59,206 nucleotides of DNA from a virus (Duplodnaviria; Caudoviricetes): the IMG/VR virus record IMGVR_UViG_3300020281_000024, positions 1 through 59,206 of that record. One strand, 5' to 3'. The notes under the pieces were generated by a model. The model did not search any database, was not told the origin of the DNA, and saw nothing but the letters and a program-made list of their open reading frames with translations. The position numbers were made by a program, and so were the translations under genes. Shown piece after piece: positions 28,116 through 39,200 of this stretch (positions within the stretch are counted from its first letter, which is position 1; each line of letters starts with the position of its first letter).

Positions 28116-29948
28116 ATGAGCGACGATTTAACAAAATACAACAAGACAGGATACATTGCCGCAGTGGCCAGAGGTCATAATGCTGGAGTGTGTTTACTAA
28201 AAGATGGCAAAATAGTTTTTTCAATAGAAGAAGAAAGATTGTCTAGAAGAAAATATGACGGTGGACCATATGCTTCTATGTTTGAAATTTTAAAATACAC
28301 AGACAAGATAGATTATCTTGTAATTGCACACACACAATCATTAAAAGATCCTTCCACAGGAAGAGTAGACTACTCGGGAGATGATGTTTACACAGGTATT
28401 GCAAGAAAATTAGGATTAATAGATCCATACATACACAAAATTGAACATCCACAAGTGATTGACTTGTCACATATACATCACAAACTTCATGCGGCGTGTG
28501 CCTTTTATAGATCAGGCTTCGATAAAGCAGTTGCAGTAATTGTTGATGGTGCAGGAACATTTATTCCTATAAAAAATAGTGTAGCAGGTGATATGACAGT
28601 GTTTGAAGTTGAAAGTATATTCAGTTGTGATTATCCAAATGATATCTATGCATTATACAAACACTACGGAACAGGCACAGCAAGTCCAGGCGGTTATTAT
28701 CCTCACATGGATTCAGAAAGCATAAGCGAGCCTGGAAAAACACACGAAGCATTATTCACTGACAAAGCAGGAATAACAAAAACTTATGAAGCAGTAACTC
28801 AATACTGTGGATTTAGTGCCATCGAGGCAGGCAAGACAATGGGATTATTTCCTTACGGAAAACAAAATGATGTTATACCACCATTATTTCAAAAGGAAGG
28901 TAAATTTGAACTATCAAACAGAAACTTTATAATACCAACATATCCAAATGCGGCACAGGTGAACAGTCAGATTTATCCTTTTGTAGATGAAAATCCTGAT
29001 ACAGAGGACAGCAAAGACTGGACAAAAATGCAAAACAGAAGAGACATGGCTTACGCCGTGCAAAAAGAAACACAGAAACAGTGTTTGGATCTAATTTACA
29101 AAGCAGTACAGATGAGCGGATGTAAAAATGTTGTATTCTCAGGAGGTTATGGATTAAATTGTGTGGCAAATTATTATTATCTTGAAAGTTTACAAAAAGA
29201 CGGAATAAAATTATATGCTGAACCAGTGTCAAACGATGCGGGAACGGCTATGGGTGCGGCTATGTTGTTTTATTACAGCCTAACACAAACAAAAGAAAAG
29301 AAAGTAGATGCTCCAACTTTATATTTAGGACCAAAAAGAACATACACAGCAGAACAAATTAGTGAAATATGCCAAAGACCAGGCGTTGTTTTAGAAGATT
29401 GTGATGATTCGAAAGTTGTACAACTTTTAATTGATAAAAATATAGTATCAATATTCCAAGGACAAAGTGAAAATGGTCCTAGAGCATTGGGTAACAGAAG
29501 TATTTTATTTGATCCTAGATTCAAAGACGGTAAAGATTATGTTAACAGAGTTAAAAAACGTGAATATTTTAGACCGTTCGCTGGCACAATACTTCATGAT
29601 TATGTGCATGATTGGTTTGATCTACGTGGTATGGAAGAAACTCCACATATGATGTACGCTGTAAACTGTCAACCAGGAATAGAAGAGAAAATTCCTAGCA
29701 TAATACACGTTGATGGCACTTGTAGAATACAATCTGTGAAGCGTGAACAGAATCCTTTGTACTATGATTTAATCAAAGAATTTCATAAACAGACAGAATG
29801 TCCAATTATATTCAACACATCATTCAATTTAGGTGGAGAACCACTTGTAGAAACTTTGGAAGACGCTGTAAGAACGCTTCAGCACAGTGAAATTGAATAT
29901 CTGTACTTGCCAGAGTACAAAAAAATAGTAAAGGTTTTAAATGGATAG
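28116..29948 (+). CDS. O-carbamoyltransferase, NodU/CmcH family
   Basis: GHNAGVCLLKDG...EEERLSRRK; HHKLHAACAFYRSGF; VDGAG; AGKTMGL.PYG; SGGYGLNCVAN; DAGTAMGAA; E.GPRALGNRS; KKREYFRPFA; HVDGTCRIQ; NTSFNLGGEPLVET. Confidence 0.92.
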   Translation: MSDDLTKYNKTGYIAAVARGHNAGVCLLKDGKIVFSIEEERLSRRKYDGGPYASMFEILKYTDKIDYLVIAHTQSLKDPSTGRVDYSGDDVYTGIARKLGLIDPYIHKIEHPQVIDLSHIHHKLHAACAFYRSGFDKAVAVIVDGAGTFIPIKNSVAGDMTVFEVESIFSCDYPNDIYALYKHYGTGTASPGGYYPHMDSESISEPGKTHEALFTDKAGITKTYEAVTQYCGFSAIEAGKTMGLFPYGKQNDVIPPLFQKEGKFELSNRNFIIPTYPNAAQVNSQIYPFVDENPDTEDSKDWTKMQNRRDMAYAVQKETQKQCLDLIYKAVQMSGCKNVVFSGGYGLNCVANYYYLESLQKDGIKLYAEPVSNDAGTAMGAAMLFYYSLTQTKEKKVDAPTLYLGPKRTYTAEQISEICQRPGVVLEDCDDSKVVQLLIDKNIVSIFQGQSENGPRALGNRSILFDPRFKDGKDYVNRVKKREYFRPFAGTILHDYVHDWFDLRGMEETPHMMYAVNCQPGIEEKIPSIIHVDGTCRIQSVKREQNPLYYDLIKEFHKQTECPIIFNTSFNLGGEPLVETLEDAVRTLQHSEIEYLYLPEYKKIVKVLNG

Positions 29949-30921
29949 GAAAACAGCAATATTTGTTAATGGCGGAATGGGTAGAAGTATTAGTTCTATA
30001 CCTGCAATCGAGAAATATGTGGAAGAAAACGCGGATAAAGATCCAATAATTATTTGCGAAGGTGGCACTGATGCCTACAAAGGTCATCCGAAACTACATT
30101 ACAGAGCATATGACACTTGGCACAAAAATTTATTCCAAGATTTATTAAAAGATAGGGATTTATTGTCTCCGGAACCTTATAGAATATGGGAATACTACAA
30201 TCAGAAATGTAGTTTAGGACAAGCATATGATATAGCAATAAATGACAAAGGAATAAGAGATCTGCCAAGAGCAAATTTAAGATTAAGCAAAGAAGAAATG
30301 CTACTTGCAAGAAAAATGATTTCAGAAGTAAAAGAAAAAACTGGAAAAGATAAAATTGTTGTATTCCAACCATTTGGCAGAGGCGCACAACCAGAAAAAT
30401 TGGACGAAAAAAATAAAGAAAAGCAACCTGATATAATAGACACTACGGGCAGAAGTGTAGAACTAAAAAATGTTTGGAATATTGTGCGTAAATTATCCAA
30501 AGAATATGGCGTAATGGTGATGAGTGAATTTCCATTGGACTTTGGAAAACATATACCTAACAAACCTGTTGCACTTCCTATGGGAACACACATAAGAGTA
30601 TGGATGGGTATAATACAACAAGCAGATCATTTTATTGGCTGTGATTCAGTTGGTCAACACATTGCCCATGCATACAATAAATCAGCGACTGTTGTTATCG
30701 GATCCACATATCCTATCAATACAAGTTTTCCTAATGATGAAAAATTTGATGTAATTGACCTTGGTAAAGACGAACGTGTTTATAGTCCAATAAGAGTCAC
30801 TTCAGATGAGTTTTCAGACCGGCTAAATGAGGGAATAATGGCTATGGAAGAGGAAACAGAGACCCGTATCGTGAAGTCAGCACAAAGGCTTATCAAACAC
30901 GGTAAAAACACCCGCAAATAA
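29941..30921 (+). CDS. GT-B glycosyltransferase, GT9-like (paralog of 27164-28114)
   Basis: NGGMGRSISSIPAIE; SPEPYR; VFQPFGRG; ADHFIGCDSVGQHIAHA; GSTYPINTSFP. Confidence 0.7.
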   Translation: MDRKTAIFVNGGMGRSISSIPAIEKYVEENADKDPIIICEGGTDAYKGHPKLHYRAYDTWHKNLFQDLLKDRDLLSPEPYRIWEYYNQKCSLGQAYDIAINDKGIRDLPRANLRLSKEEMLLARKMISEVKEKTGKDKIVVFQPFGRGAQPEKLDEKNKEKQPDIIDTTGRSVELKNVWNIVRKLSKEYGVMVMSEFPLDFGKHIPNKPVALPMGTHIRVWMGIIQQADHFIGCDSVGQHIAHAYNKSATVVIGSTYPINTSFPNDEKFDVIDLGKDERVYSPIRVTSDEFSDRLNEGIMAMEEETETRIVKSAQRLIKHGKNTRK

Positions 30922-30988
30922 CCTATATCTACGTATTCCACAACTCTTGTCAATTAGGTAAATACACTATAACAAGGGATTTTCGACT

Positions 30989-31423
30989 ATGTTTGATGTA
31001 TCAAGATTTTTTGGCAAGGGTGATAAAAATACGCTTCTTTTGAAGAACGGATTAAATTTTTCACACAATGGGCCATATGGAGTTGTAGAGGACGGTCTAG
31101 TATTAGACAAGTTCCACGTGAACACGTTTTCATCGGCGGAATACGCAATACAAGTTGACTATGATACTAACAACAAAGAACTTATTAAGATGTTAGTCAC
31201 TGCAAGTCCTAATCAATCAGCATTAACAATATATGCTAGAACAAATTTAGGTAACAATCTTATTACAATAGACAGCACAGTTGATAATTCATTGTGCAAA
31301 ATAACGGTAAATCCAACTGACAAAAGTCAAACAGAGAAATATTCGGGATCAAAAATAATATTCAGCGCCACTTATTTTGCAACGCAAAATGCATTGGTGG
31401 GAGGAACACAGGTAACAAGTTAA
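30989..31423 (+). CDS. hypothetical virion-associated protein
   Basis: TAAATA at 30959-30964; LDKF...FSSAEYAIQV beta-rich motif resembling fibre-associated domains. Confidence 0.55.
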   Translation: MFDVSRFFGKGDKNTLLLKNGLNFSHNGPYGVVEDGLVLDKFHVNTFSSAEYAIQVDYDTNNKELIKMLVTASPNQSALTIYARTNLGNNLITIDSTVDNSLCKITVNPTDKSQTEKYSGSKIIFSATYFATQNALVGGTQVTS

Positions 31424-31424
31424 T

Positions 31425-33281
31425 ATGGCAGTAGTAAAAAGACCTTTTATAAGTGAAAGTGGTTTTCAAAGTACAGGTTTTACAGTTGATACGGCAGGTA
31501 ACGTTACTGTCCGTACAATTACGAACACATACACTCCACCAGCACCGGCAGTAGTACCTGATTTCAACGTAGAAGAAACAGCAGGTGCTTTTAGTTGGAA
31601 AAAAGATGGTACAGCAGTAGCAGGAACCAATCCTACTATCACTGTCGAGAGAGGTAAAACATATTCCATAAATTTAAATTTAAGCAGTTTAGCATTTAAC
31701 ATCTTCAAAGCGGACACAAACAATAGTGCCGTGCCTGGAGACCTATACAGCACAGGTCTATCACACACAAACATAGTTACTGGAGCGACTTTAGTTTCAG
31801 GCACTAAAAACTTTTCACAAACATGGCAACAACAAACATCTGGTGCAAACAGAACAGTTGAATACTTTACTCCAGACACAACTGGAACAGCATACGCAAA
31901 CAAAAAATTACCTGTTGTAATTGCTCTACATGATTCGGGTAGCAATAGCACAACAGGTTTAGCATCTATAAATTACATAACAAACAGCATATTGATTGCA
32001 CCGCAAGGATATTTGAACACATGGAACGTTGGTTATCAATCAAGCAAAGCCAATGACATTGCACTATTAGATTCAATAATCGCGGACTTAGAAAATTATG
32101 ACAACGTAGATACAAGAGAAATTACAATAATAGGTTACGGAAATGGCGCACAATTGGCGTTACAATATTCTTTGTACAATCAATCTGCTACTATCAAACA
32201 TATTATTTGTTACAATGGTTTATTACACCTTGACCAATACAACTCAACGTTACAAAAATTTTATTCATACTCATTGAACAGTGTCGACAATGACACATCT
32301 ACTGAAATCACTTGGGCAGAACTTACACCAATAGGACAAAGAAAAATTTTAATGTTCAATGGTGAACAAGAATTAAATTTCTTGTTTAATGGTGGATCAT
32401 ATTTGGGGCAAACTTTATATGGCGGTGTTGATTCAGTTCATGGAATGGCAGTTGCTAATGCTTACAGTGGAACAAAAATTACATCACCTACATTACAACC
32501 TAATGGAAGTAATTTATATGATTACTCAGATGTAAAAATGTATTCTTTTCCAACAGTTGCAAATAATTTTAGTGCTGTTCAGAATGATATTAGAAGTTTA
32601 ATTACAACACAAATTACTCCGGGCACATATTTAGATGTGCCAACATCTACAACTTTGACAGATGCACAGGCACAAGGACAACAAACAGGAAATTTAAGTT
32701 ACACAGTTCCAGTTGACGCACCTGACAGTATGTTTTATGCTGACAGCGACGGAAATCCATTTGGAACAGTAACGGTAACACAACCATCAGTAATTGGTGT
32801 TGGTGTATTCAGCAGTATTTTAAACACAGGAAATTTATTACAAAATGGTGTTAATGCAAACATCGAAATGAAACCAACAGGAACAGGTCTTATTACGATT
32901 AATCCGGAAACAACTGGTACAATTAACAACATGAACATCAACACAGCACAATTAACAACATCAGGAAACGTAAACTTGACACCAAATGCAGACGTTACAA
33001 TTAGTCCACAAGCAAGTGGTACACTAACAATAAGTCCTCTTGCTGTAGGTACTTTAGATAACGTCACAGTGGGCGGAACTACACCAAGAAATGGAACCTT
33101 TTCAAATATAGTTTCGAGCCAAGGAACGTTAAATAGTACTACAATAGGCTTAACAACTGCGGCGCAGGCGGCATTTACATCGGCTACTGTAACAAGTGGT
33201 CCGGCAACGGCTAATAGTTTAACTAGAAAGTCGTATGTAGACAACACTGCAACAGTTTTAAGTATTGCCTTAGGAGCGTAA
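31425..33281 (+). CDS. virion protein with an inserted alpha/beta-hydrolase (PHB depolymerase/LpqC-like) domain lacking the nucleophile Ser
   Basis: LPVVIALHDSG, LIAPQGYLNTWN, DIALLDSII, NVDTREITIIGYGNGAQLA (GxSxG changed to GYGNG); fibre-like C-terminus ending LTRKSYVD...VLSIALGA. Confidence 0.65.
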   Translation: MAVVKRPFISESGFQSTGFTVDTAGNVTVRTITNTYTPPAPAVVPDFNVEETAGAFSWKKDGTAVAGTNPTITVERGKTYSINLNLSSLAFNIFKADTNNSAVPGDLYSTGLSHTNIVTGATLVSGTKNFSQTWQQQTSGANRTVEYFTPDTTGTAYANKKLPVVIALHDSGSNSTTGLASINYITNSILIAPQGYLNTWNVGYQSSKANDIALLDSIIADLENYDNVDTREITIIGYGNGAQLALQYSLYNQSATIKHIICYNGLLHLDQYNSTLQKFYSYSLNSVDNDTSTEITWAELTPIGQRKILMFNGEQELNFLFNGGSYLGQTLYGGVDSVHGMAVANAYSGTKITSPTLQPNGSNLYDYSDVKMYSFPTVANNFSAVQNDIRSLITTQITPGTYLDVPTSTTLTDAQAQGQQTGNLSYTVPVDAPDSMFYADSDGNPFGTVTVTQPSVIGVGVFSSILNTGNLLQNGVNANIEMKPTGTGLITINPETTGTINNMNINTAQLTTSGNVNLTPNADVTISPQASGTLTISPLAVGTLDNVTVGGTTPRNGTFSNIVSSQGTLNSTTIGLTTAAQAAFTSATVTSGPATANSLTRKSYVDNTATVLSIALGA

Positions 33282-33287
33282 AAAAGA

Positions 33288-36200
33288 ATGGCTAAAAGAC
33301 GAATAAACGATTATAAATTTATACCAGGTATCCCTACAACAGGAAACCTATATCCTAATGCTTGGGCACAGATCAATGCCAACCAAGAATACTTGAAAGA
33401 TGAAGCAACGGCTTACATCGCTTCTAGAGTTACAACTGATACTGCTTATGATGCCTACCCTAACACATCAGCAAGAATTACAAACAACTTAGAATACATT
33501 AAGGCAGAAGTTGCGAAATATGTTGAAAATCAAGTTGCAGGAAACGTGGCTCCATTCGCGGGTTATGGTGGTTTATCTGCAAACATAAAACAGGATGTTG
33601 AAAAAGTTGTAAATGCCGCTTACAAAGATGCAAGATATGGCGGTAACGAAAGAATGAGAGCTCAGTCAAACACATACTACGTTGACGGTGTTTTACAACT
33701 AGGAGATCAAGGTAATCCAGAAATTGATTACTTAACATACGCAAGAAACTTAATTCATAGTTACATCTTAACTGGTGCGGCAAACTCTACAATTAACACT
33801 GAAGGTTTAACACAGAACACATCAGGTTCAAACGCAGAGTCGGCGGGACGTACATTGATGCAATCAAACATGAACGTTATTATCAATGCAATTGATAATG
33901 GCATACTGACGTTGCCGGCAGAAGTTATTTCGAGTTATCCTTTTGCAGATTACACTTATGACCCTTACCTTTGTGAAAGAGATATGGGTTACAACATCAC
34001 TGGTATACTGAAAGATTTAAGATATGGTGGTAACGAACAATCAAGATACAACGCAGGTACATATTGGAACGGCGAAGTTTCTGTTCTAACAGGAAACAGA
34101 CAGCCGGAAATACAGACAAAAAATGAAATAAGAAATATTATCAACAATCACATTATACCTGGAACTGCACACACAACAAAACAAAGTCCAGTTGTTACGC
34201 AACAAACAATATTAGGAAATGCAGGTGAAGCCGCGGCAAGTGGAAGAGTAACAACATTATTTGGAATAATCACAGATGTGATCCAAAATGGATTAGATAA
34301 TTTACCTACACAGATCAACAACGGAATATCAAGTGTAAAAATTCCAGAGAGAGTAGAATTAGCAGAATTATTATTGATCACAAACACCACAGACAACACA
34401 GTATTATACACGTTTAATGATTCGGCACAAGGTGCAACAGTAAGTTTCAAAAGAGAATATGAATCAGGAACTTCTAACACAACAGCATTTGTTGATCCAG
34501 ATTTTCCAAAAGCATATCATGGCAATGATGTAATCACAACTATATTTTTAAATGCAGATACATCTGCGGATAATGACACAGATGAATTACAAATATTTGT
34601 GGAAGATGATGAAGTAAGAACACGTCCACATGACTTTGGAACTGATGCAATTGAAAGACTTAGAGTTGCACAACCTGAATCAATGCTTGACGCTGACTTT
34701 GAATACGGTCTTCAGCCTACGAAGTGGCAAGCGATTGCAACACAAAGAGGTTATCCATCAATTTACGAAGTGCCAGGTACAGACTTTGATATTGCAACTG
34801 TGACTTCAGATGCTTCGGCAGGTACACAAGGTATTGGTTCATCTTTGATTACAGTGACAACAGTAGGACCACACAACTTTGAAGCAGGACAACCATTCAC
34901 AATTACAGGATTTAACAATGCAGTGACTGGTGCAAGTAGAGCCGCAGGTTCATTTGTTGTAAACACTATCATAAGTTCAACACAATTTACATATTACGCA
35001 AAGGCAAAAGTTGCTTCTGCAAATCCAACAACTATTTCTACAACAAATACGCAGTTAAGAGAAGGTAACTTCTATACAGGAGCGGCGATTGGATTTCCTT
35101 CTTTCAGTGTATCAAGTAACGGATCATCAGGATCTTTCACAACGGCTTTGAATGCATTAAGTGGTGCAAGTATTTTACCTTACACAGGAACAACTCCACC
35201 AGTTGGTGCTCCACTGTCAGGAACGGGTATTCCAACAGGTACACAGATTACTGGTGCTAACGGAGCCGGTGGTGCATTAGCATCTCCTAATGTTACAGGA
35301 GACTTTTTATCAGGAGTTACAGAAATCACAGTGGCAGATTCCGCTGGTATTGTACAAAACTCTGTAATCGATAGAGGTGACGGTTACGCAGTTGCAATCA
35401 CAAACATCGCAGGAAACAATTTAACTTTATCAAGTCCATTGGTACAAAACATTATTGGTGACATCACAAACTACACAGGACTAGCAGGTGTTAATTATAC
35501 ACCAGCAGGTCAATTAGCAACATTTGATATTTCAAGAGTTGGTGGTAACTACTCTGTTGTCATAGCGTCATCAGGTGAAAATTACACAGTAGGTGATGCA
35601 ATAGTAGTTCCAGGAACAAGTTTAGGTGGATCTACACCAGCCAATGATGCAACAGTTTTAGTAGAAAGCGTTGACACTGGTGGAGAAATTTTGACAGCAA
35701 GTATAAGTGGATCTGCATTCACAGGTACAGGAAATACAACTGGTACATCTCCAACATGGCAAGGTGGATTAGGACAAGGTGCACAAATTAATGTAACAAA
35801 AACTAACCAATCATACACAGTTGCATTAAATTCTCCAACTTACACAGGCACAGCAGTAGGAACTTTCCCAGGAGCGGCAGGTTCAAGTGCAACATTTGAT
35901 GTTGTTGCAACAGCAGGATCTTATTCTGCAAGTGTAAACGGAGCAGGTTCAGGATACATTGTCAATGATGTTATTAGAATTGACGGTTCAACATTTGGTG
36001 GTACAAGTGCCAACCATGCAAACATTAGAGTGACAGCAGTAACAGGTGGTGGAGCAATACAAACTATTTCAGTGTTAGGTACAGCGCCAGCACAGGAAGT
36101 AACTTACAACACAGTGGCGTTTACAGGTGGTAATGGAACATCAGCGGCATTCAACGTTACAAGAAACGGAACGACTTATTCGGCGGCAATTACAAGTTTA

Positions 36201-39200
36201 GGTTCAAACTATCAACAGAATGATGTTTTAACTTTCTTAGGTTCAAATCTAGGTGGTGTGGACTCAACCAACGATGCACAATTAACAGTCACAGCAGTTG
36301 ACGGCAATGGTGGAATTTTAACTTTCAACGTTACTGGTACAGCAGTTGATACAAAATCTTACACAGCAATATCAAGTGGTGCAAACCTATCTGGTGTTGA
36401 TGCAACATTTGACGTGTCAATTTCAGGCACATCTTATTCTGTATCAGTAAACCAAGCAGGTAACGATTACAGCGTAGGACAAGATTTAATAATTGCAGGA
36501 ACTTCTTTGGGTGGAACGTCACCAGCAAATGATTTAACAATATCAGTTGCATCTATCACAGGATCAACTGGTACAGGACCAATCAACACAATTTCAACAT
36601 CAGGTACAGCGGCACTTGAAGGTACAAATGGTTACAAAGTTGGTGACCAGTTCCTAGTAGGTGGCAGTGACTTAGGTGGTGTGGCTACAACCAATGATGC
36701 TATCGTTAGCGTTGGAGGTGTAAATGGCACAGGCGGTATCACATCATTAACAATTAGCGGTACAGGAACTGATGCCAATGTAGATTATACAAGTCCTGCT
36801 TACACAACATCCGCTTCAGGTACTGGTGCAGTGTTCGATATTAATAGAACAGGTACGACATATACAGCAACATTCAGCAATAATGGTAGTTCATTTATTG
36901 CTTCAGAAACAATTGACATAGCGGGTACGGCATTAGGTGGAACAAGTCCGGCCAACGATTGTCAAATTACAGTTGATACAGTGTCAGCAGGCGCAGTTGC
37001 AACATTCACAGTAACTGGTACAGCAGTAAACACACAAACATACACAAATGTAAACAAAGCAGGTAGAACAGGAACAGGTTTAAGTGTTAATGTAACTTTA
37101 TCCAGTGGTTCTTACAGTGTTGCATTGAACAATCCAGGTGCAAATTATGCCGTGAACCAAACATTTAAAATATTAGGAACAAGTTTATTTGGAACTTCTC
37201 CTGCAAATGATTTAGAATTTACAATCACAGCAGTAAACAATTTAGTAAGTGGTGTTGTAACAACGATAGGAAGTATCACAGGTACAGCAAACACAGGAAC
37301 AGGTAATTCATTAAACGTAAGTGGAACAAACAGAACTCCACAAGGTGTTGGAGCACAATTCAGTATAACAAGATCGAACCAAACTGACTCTTCAACTGCA
37401 TACACAGATGTACAAATAACAAGTTTAGGTTCTAACTATGCAATTGGTGACAAACTTGTGATAGCAGGTTCAAGTTTAGGTGGACAAACTCCTGCAAATG
37501 ATGTAACAATAAGAATTCAAAATATTAACACAACTGGTGGAATATTAGCACAAACACACACTGGTACAGCAGTCGCTGGTACAGGATTAAGTGTATTCGG
37601 TTCTTTATCAATATCAGAAACAATCACACAGAACATAGCACAGAACAGCACAATTACTTACAGTGCGTTAGCAACTATGCAGGTAGATTTTACTACTCCT
37701 CATGGACTAGTTCCAGGAAACGCATTCATTGTTGTAATACAATCAGATGACGGTGCAAACAATCACATACTTGCATCAGGTCCATTCCTTGCTACTGCAA
37801 TTCCGTCAGCAACAAGATTACAATATCAAGTAAGATCACCTGGAGCAATTACGGATTCAGGATGGCAAGGGTTCGTGTACGCGAGACCAGATTCATTCTT
37901 CGTGCATAGACCATTTGATGGTGGTGTACAATTAGGTACAGGTGGTCCATCACATGGTGCACAGGCGATACGTCAATCTAAAAAATACATTAGATATCAA
38001 TCAGGAAAAGGTTGTATGTATACAACGGGTGCCTTGTTTGCTCCAAGTTATGACTTATTGGCTGTATCAGCAGATGGATTGACACAAGGTTCTACAATCA
38101 CAGTGACCACTGATGATGTTGACCACAATTTACAGGTAGGTGCTAGAATAAGATTGATAGGTATAGCAACATCTGGTTATGATGGATTATACACTATTGC
38201 AAGTGTTGTAAATGAAAGAACATTTACAGTATTGGCAACTATTGCACTGGGTGGTACAACAGCAGAATTTACAGATCAACCACAGGTATCATTATACGAA
38301 TGGAATGGTGCAACTGTAAGATCAGGAATATTTGATGATCAGAACGGAATTTATTGGGAATACGACGGACAACAAACCAACGCAGTACAAAGAACAGCAA
38401 CAAGACAACTTGCAGGTGTTGTAACTGTTTCACCTAACAGTAACACAGTGACAGGAACTGGTACAAGATTTAGAGAACAAGTTAAAGCAGGTGATAGAGT
38501 TGTCATCAGAGGTATGACACACGTCGTATCATCTGTTGCTTCTAATACATCAATGTTTGTTACTCCAGATTATAGAGGTGTCAATACTTCGCAAGGTGTA
38601 AAAGTTTGTGCAGTTGTAGACAAAAAAGCAAAACAATCAGAATTCAACAGGGACAAATTAGACGGCAACGGTAAGAGCGGTTATAATTGGGACGTATCTA
38701 AGATGCAGATGATCGGGATACAGTTTTCATGGTACGGGGCTGGATTTATTGACTGGATGGCAAGAGGTAACAAGGGTGACTTTGTGTTTGCTCACAGAAT
38801 GAGAAACTCAAACATCAACACAGAAGCATTTATGAGAACAGGTAACCAACCTGTACGTTACGAAGTAACCAACGAAGGTCCAAACGGTAGATTAGAATTA
38901 GATATGACTACGTCACAAACAACAGTGCCACTAGTTGATGCATCATTCTTCCCTGACAACGGTGGAACTTTGTTTATTGACAACGAAATTATAACTTACA
39001 CTGGTAAAACAGGAGATACTCTAACTGGTTGTACTAGAGCGGCTACATTAACAAACTTTAACGCAGGATCTACAAGAAACTATACTGGTGGATCAGCAAC
39101 ACAACACTTTAGAAACACAGGAGTTGTGTTGATATCTAACACAGCATCACCGATCATATCACACTGGGGATCAGCATATCTAACAGATGGTAACTTCGAC

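Noticed and set aside
677-37405. Numerous 60-216 aa minus-strand ORFs opposite the large fibre genes (e.g. 3563-4213, 8052-8582, 31466-31951, 32735-33247)
   Set aside because: They are antisense shadows of strongly biased coding sequence, with no motifs, promoters or SD, and lie within clear plus-strand genes.
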